Origin: Balanoglossus misakiensis
Taxonomy: Eukaryota > Animalia > Hemichordata
NCBI GenBank assembly: GCA_040954595.2
Contig: CM082592.2
Coordinates: 3,612,735 to 3,676,734 of the forward strand
Length of the DNA: 64,000 nt
Direction of reading: 5' to 3'
Shown here piece by piece: positions 11,266-21,841 of this stretch (the first letter of the stretch is position 1; each line of letters opens with the position of its first letter). The notes beneath the pieces were generated by a model. That model was not told the DNA's origin. It did not search any database and saw only the letters and a list, made by a program, of their open reading frames with translations. The position numbers and the translations under genes are program-made.

Positions 11266-12570
11266 TTATAGTTCTGTGGTCTGTGGAGAACATGGCCGCT
11301 CATCGATGTCTTGTCCCGCGCCGTTTGTCGCTAGCTGGACGCTGTGAACACTTTGTGGAGAACATGGGTTATTCTCTATGCCAAGCTCTGCATCGTTTAT
11401 CGGCCGGGCGGTGAAAGTAACCACTTCAACAGTTTTGAAAAGTGTTTGGAACTGCGCGGATTCGCGTATGTATCCCATCATCACCGATTCAAGTTCCTTT
11501 GGGAGCAACTCGTTCGATAGGTGTTGGTGAAGATGCATCTCTTCAGCATTCAGCTTGTCGGACAGAATATGATAATACAGTAGTGCGGCGAGCGCGTTTA
11601 CGTCGACTGGGGCGCCCCCAACGTCTTCGCTTTGGTGACATTGGGCCATAAACTCCGCGAGGCTGACAACCTGGTCTGCATCCACGTACTTCGCGAATCT
11701 CTTACCAAGACACGTCAATTTATCATCTTGTGTACGCAGATAATTCGCCATGTAACCCCAAATCGGTTTCAACACCCACCACTGTCTGGAACCAACACGG
11801 TGGCCGTCGATAGGCATCACCATTACGCCATTATCTCCCTGTATATCGCTGTTATTCTGAAATAAATTCTGGCATTCCTCGATGGTTGACACGTGCAGGG
11901 GCAGGACGTGTAGTAGCTTCATTTCATGGCAAGCAGCGAAATAAGACTCGTAAAAAGGGAGGACGTGGAATCCTTCACCTGTATTGTGCATTGTCGCTAC
12001 TCGGTAGATTACAATGTCGTATCGGTCTCTTGCTGAATGGATGACCGCACCATATAATGCAACTGCCAGGATGTCCCCGTTAACCGCTGACTCCATTTTC
12101 CGCAACATCCCATTGTATAACACTTGGGTTAGGTGTGGGAAACACCATATTTTGTCGGATGTCAACGCCGACAGGTTGGAATCAAACGGGTTTCTAAATA
12201 ATTCGGCATCCCTCTCAATCAACAGATCTCCATTTGAATTCATAAACGCCTCGAAATGAAAACCACCAAGATTGCGTGCCAGTACGAACCTCTCATGCGG
12301 GTCCTTTTCAACCTCTGTTACATCTTCGATCACTCTTGCCTGATCCAGGTGGCCAAACGACAATTGGTTGAAATATGGAATTTCTCCCCCAATTTTGTAT
12401 GTGGCTTTTGTCCTTGGTGTTTGTTCCTCTTGGTAGTCTGGAGAAAACACACAGAAACTCGGACCATCGACCGCGTTTCGCATTTCGTTGGACATGGTTT
12501 TGTTGGGCAGTATCTGGCTATCAACTGAAGATAAAATTAGACTACAGTTCCTCTCATTTATAAGGCCCAT
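11266..12570 (-). CDS. RNA ligase 2 (Rnl2)-like protein, probably catalytically inactive
   Basis: Motif order fits the nucleotidyltransferase fold: I FVLARNLGGFHF (KxxG lysine missing), III ALYGAV, IV DNGVMVMP, V WVLKP. Confidence 0.5.
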   Translation of the reverse strand: MGLINERNCSLILSSVDSQILPNKTMSNEMRNAVDGPSFCVFSPDYQEEQTPRTKATYKIGGEIPYFNQLSFGHLDQARVIEDVTEVEKDPHERFVLARNLGGFHFEAFMNSNGDLLIERDAELFRNPFDSNLSALTSDKIWCFPHLTQVLYNGMLRKMESAVNGDILAVALYGAVIHSARDRYDIVIYRVATMHNTGEGFHVLPFYESYFAACHEMKLLHVLPLHVSTIEECQNLFQNNSDIQGDNGVMVMPIDGHRVGSRQWWVLKPIWGYMANYLRTQDDKLTCLGKRFAKYVDADQVVSLAEFMAQCHQSEDVGGAPVDVNALAALLYYHILSDKLNAEEMHLHQHLSNELLPKELESVMMGYIRESAQFQTLFKTVEVVTFTARPINDAELGIENNPCSPQSVHSVQLATNGAGQDIDERPCSPQTTEL

Positions 12571-12587
12571 ATTCCCCTGATACGAGA

Positions 12588-13577
12588 CTAATATAATGGC
12601 TCAAACAGATGGGAGTCGTAGCCACCCATAAACAGTATTACGTCAACTGTGTTTTCGTTGTGTCTAGACCTACATCTCACAACATCATCGAGTAATTTCC
12701 TCTCATGGCGTGCTTCACCCTTGTAGGCCACGACAAAAGCAAGTGTGTGGCACGCCACCCATGCAATCACCGGAACTATAAAGATGTATGAGTGGGAAGA
12801 TGCTAGCGCGATGAAAGATGGCCCAACTAGCCACATGGAATGAAGTGGTAACAAGTACATTATGCAAGAACCGACAAATAAACACAAGAACCAACGCCAA
12901 TCTCCCAAAAAAACTGCTGCGGTTACCGATGGTATGACTATGCCAAATGTCAGGATGCTACACATAAAAAAAGCAGTGACAAGTTGTCTGGTTGTAAACA
13001 TAAAAAACATTTCTGTAGGTAAACACGTACTCATGTGTTTCAGAAAGTGCGTGTGAGATATTTCTTTGTGTTCTTTGTTGGGCGAAATAATGTGACTTAT
13101 GTAATTTTTTGTTACATCATATGAATCACTTTCGTCATATCCAAGTGCTGTCAAAATTTGGAGGTCGCTCAGCTGGTCCAATTCTGTACACTTCATTCTC
13201 TTCCGGTGGTATCGTATTGTTCGAAGCGCATCTTTTATTTCTTGTTTTCTCCCATGTACCCATTCCACCAAAAAAGGACAAAGGGTGATTAAAATGGCCA
13301 ATACAATTGAAACGATTATCCATATTGTATCGCTGTCTAACCCGTCTGTCTTTTCTTGACATAGAGGTAAACCAACGCGTCTGTAATTTTCATGACATCC
13401 GTATAATTCCCACCTCTCTTTTGTAAAATATAAGACAAATAATATCGCAGATATCGAGTATAACCCGCTTAGGAAAACAACAAATCGAATGACTACCGAT
13501 CGATGACACCACAAAACAGACGCGGCAAAATATCTTTGCAGGAGTCGCAGTGCATTAAGTCGGCATACGCTGCTCAT
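12588..13577 (-). CDS. multi-pass membrane protein
   Basis: About 330-aa ORF (likely start MSSVCRL) with around six hydrophobic segments. Confidence 0.7.
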   Translation of the reverse strand: MSSVCRLNALRLLQRYFAASVLWCHRSVVIRFVVFLSGLYSISAILFVLYFTKERWELYGCHENYRRVGLPLCQEKTDGLDSDTIWIIVSIVLAILITLCPFLVEWVHGRKQEIKDALRTIRYHRKRMKCTELDQLSDLQILTALGYDESDSYDVTKNYISHIISPNKEHKEISHTHFLKHMSTCLPTEMFFMFTTRQLVTAFFMCSILTFGIVIPSVTAAVFLGDWRWFLCLFVGSCIMYLLPLHSMWLVGPSFIALASSHSYIFIVPVIAWVACHTLAFVVAYKGEARHERKLLDDVVRCRSRHNENTVDVILFMGGYDSHLFEPLY

Positions 13578-13809
13578 TTTAACCTCGGGTACGCATGTAT
13601 GACGTCGCGGTTTGCTAAGCCCTAGACGCGGCAAAATATCTTTGCAGGAGTCAGTTTGTTGACGCTGACCTCTAGATCATTAACAATAACTTGTGTGGTT
13701 TTCGCACTCGCATGTCTGATGTCGCGGTTCGCTACGCCCTAAAGAGTATAAATAAGCGGTACTCATAGCAAGTTGCACGCAGTTTCTCATAGAACACTTA
13801 TCCGACAAG

Positions 13810-15668
13810 ATGTTTTATTTTCTGCTCATCTGTATGATCTTGGTCCTTGGTTCTCCCAGTAATGGAGCCCCAATGACACCTGCTACACCCACGGTGCACG
13901 GTTCAGACAATTCCCAAACACCAGCTATCAGCGCTATGTTAGAAGAGGTGTATGTCTCAACGGAGGATAGATTTCGTTCGAATTTTTTGATGCGTTATGA
14001 TGAACGTTGCAAGGATGGTGACAATAATTGTTCCTCGGTACATATAATGCAGTGCCGGTCATTTGGTAAGTAGTCTAACAACTTTTGTCTCACCTGTACA
14101 CTTAAAGGCTCATCGGCGTTTACCATTCATTCATTTTGTTGACATTCTTACTCGGACCATAAATGAAATTCCTATGTTAAGCGATATATCAAGAGACATC
14201 GCGAAAAATGGCAAAACCCGAACGTGGATAGAGAAAATTGCCATGTGCTCCTGCATATAAGACACAAGTTTATTGCTTCGTCTCCTCTTCAATGCAAAAA
14301 TTAGACGTAGGACCCTTGAACTTTTAACGTGAGAGTGATTTTAAAATGTCTTGTTTTTTTTTTTAGCATGCTTATAAAGATCGGTTCGCCATTTGGTCAA
14401 ATATGCGTCGATTTTTTCTGTTTTAACTTCTTAATTTCCGTTACATCGAGACAAAAAAATGGTGATAATTTTACAGTAATTTACCACTTCTTTGTGACTT
14501 AAACAGCAAGTTTTCGTGAGTACTGCTGTCACTGTGTACGTTGACGGCGGCAAAGGTCACCAGGACAGCTTAGACAAAGCGAATACAATAGGTGTGAATG
14601 GGCTTAAGCAGCAGTCCTAAGTCCTTCTCTTTTTTACGTCCATCCGTGGCTATCAGTATCGTTCAGTGTAACTGCCCAGTCAATGAAATTCCTATGTTAC
14701 GTAAGAGATAGATAAATAGCGTTCAGTGTAACTGCCAGTCAATGAAATTCCTATGTTACGTAAGCAATATATCAAGATACTACGGGATGGAATTTGTGTG
14801 TGTGTTCAACTGTCGATATATCCACATGTAAAAAAATAACGAAATAGGTGTCTTGTATCAAACAGAAATAATGGAACAAAATGGGTGAGAGAGACTGAGT
14901 CCCTTTAATATGCTGATCCGTTTTATATTTTCTTTTGTTGTAGTCGATCGGCAAGACGTCAACCATCTCGATGCTCATTTTACTTTTGATGTTGCAACGA
15001 CCACAAGTGTGAACAAGGTTGAAATGTACGTTCCTATCGCTGGCAATCATGAAGGGGACGGTCATATTCTACTGGCTATGTCAAAGGGTGGCCGCAGGCG
15101 TCCTACTATGGACACAATAGCCGATATATCTTTCCACCAATTTGACGTCACTCCGCTGGTTAGGAGACAAACTTACACTAAACGCACGCGTAACACTACT
15201 ACAATTAGTCTCATATGCAAGGATAAAGATTTGTGCAATTCCAGTTTGACAAGTGGCACTTTCCTGGTCATGTACACTGAAAAGGAAACCGAAAAACTTG
15301 AAGCGGACAAATGTAAAATACACCCTGACGGTGTATCAATTGTTACCGACACTGGCAAATTTCTTTGGAATGATCGAATTGCGATTGCTCTAAATTTAAC
15401 TGGTGAACTCGATTACGATTTAGATTCATGCGCCTTGACCAGAATATCGAAACGTGTCGACAGCCTATTCGGGAACACTTCTGTGGCGGATTTGCTTCCA
15501 TCATACCTCACGTTTCACGTTTGCAGCGGGTACTGCGAGACTTCCGATCAAAGTCGGTGTTGTCGACCAACTGGTTTCAATAACATGATTATTTATGTGG
15601 CTGGGAGAGTATACACAGAGGTCAATGTAAAGAATTTGGATGCAAGTGGCTGTATTTGTTCTTATTAA
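13810..15668 (+). CDS. secreted TGF-beta superfamily ligand precursor, 2 exons, 326 aa
   Basis: Signal peptide MFYFLLICMILVLGS; exons 13810-14065 and 14944-15668 (phase 1, G|gtaagt ... ttgtag|TC); cystine-knot pattern C...PSY...CSGYC...CCRPT...CIC; TATA-like TATAAATAA about 60 nt upstream. Confidence 0.85.
14351..14477. repeat. dispersed ~120-bp repeat, copy 2 (in TGF-beta intron)
   Basis: Matches 10686-10808. Confidence 0.75.
14784..14908. mobile_element. diverged single arm of the TTAA-flanked foldback element
   Basis: GGGATGGAA...TATATCCACAT...GTGTCTTGTATCAAAC...GAGAGAGACTGAGTCCCTTTAA matches the right arm of 44103-44461. Confidence 0.65.
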
Positions 15669-15766
15669 CAGATTGTCAGCCATTGGTAATATAGAGATAG
15701 GGGTCGAGATCATATAGTTTCATTCGTGGATTATAGTTAAGCAGTTAGCTCGAATATTTTATTGTT

Positions 15767-16216
15767 TAGATTAATAGATTGATGTATTTTAAAACATTTT
15801 TGTTATTGATCATTCTACCCTATTAGTGTGTATCACTGTTATAGAAATTGCTAGATTAATAGATTGATGTATTTTAAAACATTTTTGTTATTGATCATTC
15901 TACCCTATTAGTGTGTATCACTGTTATAGAAATTGCTAGATTAATAGATTGATGTATTTTAAAACATTTTTGTTATTGATCATTCTACCCTATTAGTGTG
16001 TATCACTGTTATAGAAATTGCTAGATTAATAGATTGATGTATTTTAAAACATTTTTGTTATTGATCATTCTACCCTATTAGTGTGTATCACTGTTATAGA
16101 AATTGCTAGATTAATAGATTGATGTATTTTAAAACATTTTTGTTATTGATCATTCTACCCTATTAGTGTGTATCACTGTTATAGAAATTGCTAGATTAAT
16201 AGATTGATGTATTTTA
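15767..16216. repeat. tandem array, 85-bp unit x ~5.3
   Basis: Identical AT-rich units starting at 15767, 15852, 15937, 16022, 16107 and 16192. Confidence 0.95.
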
Positions 16217-16861
16217 CAGAACGCTTGCATGTTTTTGGGTTCAGTGAGTATCGGCAGATCATGTATGTTTTTTCCGTAATTATCATTCACGTTATTAACT
16301 ATAGTAGACTATGTATTCAATATAAATAAAAATTGCATGTAAAAAAAATCACACTCGCATTGCTTCTCATTATTTTCCCTTTTCCTTTAGGTCAAATAAA
16401 CATATATGTGTTTTTACAATTACCCGACCTACACTACTTTAAATCCACCAACTCTGAATTTGTCAGAACCTCTTAAACAAGAAGTGAAACTAGAATATGC
16501 AAAATTTATGGACATTGCGATAACACCGCAAAGCCCACTACGTCATTCTTATACAACAAATATTGCGAAATAAACAACTGTCCCTATCTACCTACCCGAG
16601 TTGTCAAAACCATGTATCCGGAACAGCAGATATATATATATGTATTTGTTTGGCTTGATGGGAAATGCATGACAAGAATTGAGTTGCCATAATGTCGTTT
16701 CTTTATTGGTTAAATAAAATGATAGAAAAATTGTGAAATATAGGTCCATAGTGTTGTTTATTCACGTACGTGCTTTTATTTATGTCTGGTGAGTCTCGTT
16801 CAATGTACAATGTGTAACCGTTCATAAATCTACCTAAACACTCTGAAACATGGGTCCGAAA

Positions 16862-17587
16862 TTAGCATATTTTATTTGATTCAAATGACATGCTAATGAT
16901 ATTTCGTTTGGGCATGCGAGGCCAAAGTGCAGAATCAGCGCGCATATGAGCGAGAGAGTTGTGCAGGTTTGAACTTGATTTTCTTTTCACTGGTTGATTG
17001 ACCGGCGAAAATCTCATCGGTTTTAAGTAAACTGTATATCTACCTTTCATAAACAACAGTTTTAGAATGTATAATAAAACGCAAGAGGCCGATTTTTGTA
17101 AAAACTTCTGCTGTCATCGTCGCCATACTTTGACCCACTCTGACTGAAAGGTAATTCTCCGATTTAAGTCCCGATTTACTAAGGTTACAGGTCGTGAACA
17201 CTCTTCATATTTGGGAAAAATATTTAATATATATGCAAAAACGCTTGTGGCAAGTTTGAGGGTTCTGCGTCCTTGCCAACGAAACTGACGCAGCGTTTTG
17301 TCCTGCGGTGCAGTGTGAAATCGACCTCGACCGGGAACGCGGAAGTAAAATTGAATATAGGGCTTCACATTAAGAATAAGCCTTTCGATCTACTCAGACG
17401 TATTTTGGTGATAATACTGGTAAATTGGGCAATTGGGGTCACAAATATTGCCATAAGCCCGACGTGTTTCACCTCTGCTGTCTATGGTTTCACGTACAAT
17501 CTCACTGAGAAGGACAGGCTTCGCCAGTGTCCACCGCAACTCAACACGCCCTGGCCTGCGCACAGATCTTTGTGTTCCCGGCGTCAC
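16862..17587 (-). pseudogene. possible decayed gene (~240 codons, two internal stops)
   Basis: ORFs 17587-17390, 17368-17114 and 17056-16862 lie in one frame separated by single stop codons; no motif recognised. Confidence 0.35.
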
Positions 17588-17924
17588 ACGGCCGTGTAAC
17601 GCGCCGGCAACTCACGTTCACAGACCTGTACGCACGGCTAGAAAGCCCGCACACGTGCGTATATCGGCCCGATTAGCCTGCTCTGGGGGTAGACATAAGG
17701 GTTCAGGTATTTGTGTATTTTGTACAATATTCAGGTGCATAGTCTGCATGATTTATTAAAACATATGGACAGCAAAGTGTGTGAATTTCAATCTGTCTTC
17801 GCTGATCCCCGTGTTTGGCGCGGGAAAGTTTACAAGTCCACGATAGGAGTTTCAAGGCTGACTCAGTGACTGCTATTGACATGATATATCTGATGTCCCA
17901 ACAAGAAAACAAAGTTTGTACATA

Positions 17925-18656
17925 CCGTACTTGCCCGGGTAAGAACCCCCCCCCCCCCCGGCCGAATATCCATTAAATTCTTGGAAATTTAATAAAGTGC
18001 AATGCAAAAAAGGCGGATTTTCATCCCCAAAGTCACTACAAGTGACAAAAAATGTATGATGATTTACTTTCGCGCTGATTATCGTACCGACGGCGGCCGA
18101 CTGGCCACGCTGAGTTATATATAGCCGCTCTAGAAAACATGATCTCATATAGGTCCCTCGGGACTTTGCCTCTAATTCAACGATCAAGGGAGCTTTCCAA
18201 AGCGGCCGCGTGGAGCTGCTTCAGGCCGTCCTCGACGCGAAACAACCAACATTGGAGATCCCGACTTGGACTCGGAGAATGAACCACTCAAAAAGTCCGG
18301 CGTCCGTCGACGTCTAAGTATTAAATGCATGTGTGGGATCGACCATTTACCAATGTCCCGGTTAAACGGGATGTTTTGTCTGCGCCCATGGTGTCCCGAT
18401 TAAACGGCGGCGACTGTAATATGGTTTCTGTATTTGATTTATGGGTAAAACACTTTTTATTATTTAATAAATACATTGTTTGACCGTGAAATGTTTGGCC
18501 ATGTTATTTGCATAATTATTCACCCCTTCCTCGTGTCCCTAGGCCCTCAGTTGCATAAATGTCGAGGTTGCGTCCGGGCTAAAGCCCCCCCCCCCCCCCT
18601 GTTTTTTCGCTAATCTATGGGCCCAGCACCCGGGGCTCTTACCCGGGCAAGTACGG
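17925..18656. mobile_element. Tc1/mariner-pogo-type non-autonomous element
   Basis: TIRs CCGTACTTGCCCGGGTAAGA / TCTTACCCGGGCAAGTACGG, each flanked by TA. Confidence 0.8.
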
Positions 18657-18814
18657 TATTCCACAAAGCCTGTTGTATGTTTTATTGTCACAATCAGTAC
18701 AAATTTACCAGTATCATACAATCTAGAATAAACTGACAGATCGATTTGATATGAAAAGGAACATCACTGTTTTGGGAGTGTAAAATGCGAGTGTAAAATG
18801 CGACGTCCGACAGT

Positions 18815-19513
18815 TTAATTGAGCATTTTCAATATCTTTGCATGAATACTATTTATCAAATTGTTCAAGTCTATATAATGCTCCTCAATGAATATCCAGG
18901 ACACAATCACAAACGCACTAACTGATGTGACCGCGATTATAAAATATAGCCGAGAGGAATTTTGTGCGTAGTCGCTCGCTGGTGGTAAAGGGTCTGTAAA
19001 CAACTGGATAGAATATGTGAGGTTGTATGTTTCTGGTCCCGAATGCAGTCTTGATTGTGATAAGTTACCAGCGGAATGTAATGCGTATATACACTTTGTG
19101 AATAAATACATGTTTGGTTGCCATATCATGGAACAAAACCTTACAGGATCTTTGTACACATCGAAAGATTTGTGTAATGGAATCATGCGTTTATACTCAA
19201 TGACCGTATTCTTCGGTATCCTATCAAAGGACGTTAACTGGACGAGGTGGCGGTTTGTATTAATATGATAACATGACCCATTCATCATGACGTGGCAAGA
19301 CGGTTTCCAAAGCCGAATACGGTCGATTAACAGACTACTTCTTGTATTGATGATAAACGACAAATTGTCACTGTTCACATCAACATTAACGTGAAACCCG
19401 CTAGGTAAAAACAATAACTCTGAGATGACCGGTGACGAACAGGCGACTGATAGGCACACTGCTAGTAATAACAGAGAGTCCCGTTGGAGGAGGATCATAC
19501 GTCGGACGCGCAT
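18815..19513 (-). CDS. type I membrane glycoprotein
   Basis: Signal-like LLLLAVCLSVACS, several N-x-S/T sites, C-terminal TM segment LYFIIAVTSVSAFVIVSWIFI. Confidence 0.7.
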   Translation of the reverse strand: MRVRRMILLQRDSLLLLAVCLSVACSSPVISELLFLPSGFHVNVDVNSDNLSFIINTRSSLLIDRIRLWKPSCHVMMNGSCYHINTNRHLVQLTSFDRIPKNTVIEYKRMIPLHKSFDVYKDPVRFCSMIWQPNMYLFTKCIYALHSAGNLSQSRLHSGPETYNLTYSIQLFTDPLPPASDYAQNSSRLYFIIAVTSVSAFVIVSWIFIEEHYIDLNNLINSIHAKILKMLN

Positions 19514-20258
19514 GACGCTGTTTGGTTTCTGTAAGAGCTTGAGAGGTTGGCTTCCTCTGGAAAATGAATGTGACGTTGATAATGACAATGATGAACTATG
19601 TGAAGATGATTACAAAATCCGCCAAGCTCTGAGTGAATTATCCAATCGCATCGATGGTATAATTAATATGATTTCGGACAAGAAGCAGAGGGTTTCGGAA
19701 GATATGCGAACTCTAGTAACTGAAAAAGATCGATTGAAGAGAGATGCACTCGAGAATATACGTGATCTGCCAGAAGATTTTCGTTCGCATGATACTTTGA
19801 CTTCTCCCCTGGAGATCGCTAAACTTGATATGATTACGTTAATAAGAAAGGAAAGAATACTACGCGAATACTACAAGACTCTGAATAATGTTGAAGGAAA
19901 CATGTATGGGGTACGAATGAGCACAGAGCGACACCAATTATGTCACAGTACAAAGAGTGCACTGAATCACGTCCCTCGGCGTATTCGACACAATAAAGTC
20001 GACGACGTGTTAACCATGACAACGCAATATAACGACATTCTATACGAACTCACGAGACGCCTCGAGTTACCGCTAGACACAAGATCTCTGCAGGATTTTT
20101 CGCATAGCGACGGAGATATCGAGAGAGAGATGGAATCATTTCTGCTGGGAGACACATTGACAAACACCCAACAGAACATCCATGCTCAATACCATCATGA
20201 CATACCTGATGCATCTATGAATGAATTATTAAAAGTCCAGACAACGCTTGCGAATTAA
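19512..20258 (+). CDS. ESCRT-III (Snf7/CHMP)-like helical protein
   Basis: Helical and basic then acidic: LIRKERILREYYKTLNNVEGNM...KVDDVL...QYND...ELTRRLELP...DFSHSDGDIEREMESF parallels the Snf7 pattern DKVDELM...EIS.AIS.P...DEDEL.AELEEL. Confidence 0.55.
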   Translation: MTLFGFCKSLRGWLPLENECDVDNDNDELCEDDYKIRQALSELSNRIDGIINMISDKKQRVSEDMRTLVTEKDRLKRDALENIRDLPEDFRSHDTLTSPLEIAKLDMITLIRKERILREYYKTLNNVEGNMYGVRMSTERHQLCHSTKSALNHVPRRIRHNKVDDVLTMTTQYNDILYELTRRLELPLDTRSLQDFSHSDGDIEREMESFLLGDTLTNTQQNIHAQYHHDIPDASMNELLKVQTTLAN

Positions 20259-20266
20259 AACTGTAT

Positions 20267-20881
20267 TTATGTTTTCAAGTGTTCATCATTTGTCCAAAAT
20301 TGGGCATTCAGCCAGCATTTGTTGTATAGTTTGCACAAGTCCAGCATATTCTGTATTTGATAATCCGGTCGACATAACGCCGGTAACTTTCCCTTTAATT
20401 CTACTGAGTTGTTGACAATTAAGTTGTCCTTCACGGAGATTGTCGCAGTGACCTTGACAACGCCCCTCTGTAGATTCATTCTACTTCCCCTTTTGTTCTG
20501 ACTTATTGGTGTCATGAACCCAATCAATACACCGTGACGGTCGTACACTCTAGACATAGGACGTTCTAATGGGGACAATTTATGTATTAAATTGAAATCA
20601 GGCGACTGTTCGACGTCCACCTCTTTCATGCGATCCACGTCGGCTTTCTTTTTAGAAAGGTCACATTTCATTCTTTCTCTATTACGAACGATTGAATCGA
20701 TAATATTACCATTACACGATGTGACGCAATTCATACCCAAAACATCCTTTGCTGTGACATTCTCAGCGAAGAAAACGGCAACCCCTTTTGAACATATTCG
20801 CCCGAAAAATTGCTCAAATGACTCCATTGTTACACCCACATTACATACTGTACAGACGAAACAACAAAAACGCAATAACAA
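20267..20881 (-). CDS. hypothetical protein
   Basis: 204-codon ORF converging tightly on the preceding gene; start may be the internal MESFEQ. Confidence 0.55.
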   Translation of the reverse strand: MLLRFCCFVCTVCNVGVTMESFEQFFGRICSKGVAVFFAENVTAKDVLGMNCVTSCNGNIIDSIVRNRERMKCDLSKKKADVDRMKEVDVEQSPDFNLIHKLSPLERPMSRVYDRHGVLIGFMTPISQNKRGSRMNLQRGVVKVTATISVKDNLIVNNSVELKGKLPALCRPDYQIQNMLDLCKLYNKCWLNAQFWTNDEHLKT

Positions 20882-21139
20882 GATACGTTAAGATGACGAT
20901 ACGTATGATTTTCAATCCAATAAACGTTATTATTACTAATTCATGTGAAAGAAACAACAACAAAACACTTTGTCTATCAGATGAGGTCATTGGTGTTGTT
21001 TTCAGCGGGTGGCGTGTGGCAGGCTGTCAAGGCCAAACTTGTACATGTAACGTTGAACATGCTAAGGGTGACCTTTTTTTATTTGTTTCTAATCGCCAGA
21101 GGAATCGTCAGGCAGGGCGGGCTGGCGAAATAAACTAAA

Positions 21140-21176
<37 letters not shown>

Positions 21177-21841
21177 GTTCTAGTTCAATGTTTTATCCAT
21201 TACAAACAAATGCGTAGACCTATTTGTTTCAGTTCAATGTTCAGGCTGTTCAGTCATTGCAATTTCTCATCTTTCAGTCCAGTGTTCTGTGCTCTCTATC
21301 CTTTCAGTCACTATAATTTCTTGTCTTTCACTTTAGTGCTCTGTCCTTTTACTCTCTACAATTTCTTTCCTTTCCTCCGGCCTCGATGACTTCAGGGATG
21401 AATGACACGCTGGTCTCACACGACTGCCATGGTATGCCGTCAGTTGCACACTGATCTGCAAAATCTCACAGTTAGCCGTTGGGGACGCTGTTGCTAGGAT
21501 GATCGCCTCAGGGAATGTTTTATTACTTTCATGTCGGAGCTGAAATTTAGGGTCTAGCGAGAGATGGGAAACACAGAAAATAAAAATGTCGCCCTGACAC
21601 ATGTGTCCGACTCTCACCACTGACACATTACATGTACGTGTAATAATTACATCACTGGTGTTGTTTTCGGCTGTTGATGTGTCTCCACAAATGTATCACC
21701 TTTACATTTTGAACATGCTAAGACGTGTGTCATGTTAGATGTGCATGTGTGTATGTGTCGTGAACAACGAATAAAAGGGGAACCAGTTTCACCGATCAAC
21801 ATAAACGCTTTGGGTACCGGCAACAGAGGTTCTATTCATTC

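Noticed and set aside
13518-13745. Short direct repeats upstream of the TGF-beta gene (also 43569-43767)
   Set aside because: Small local duplications with no supportable function.
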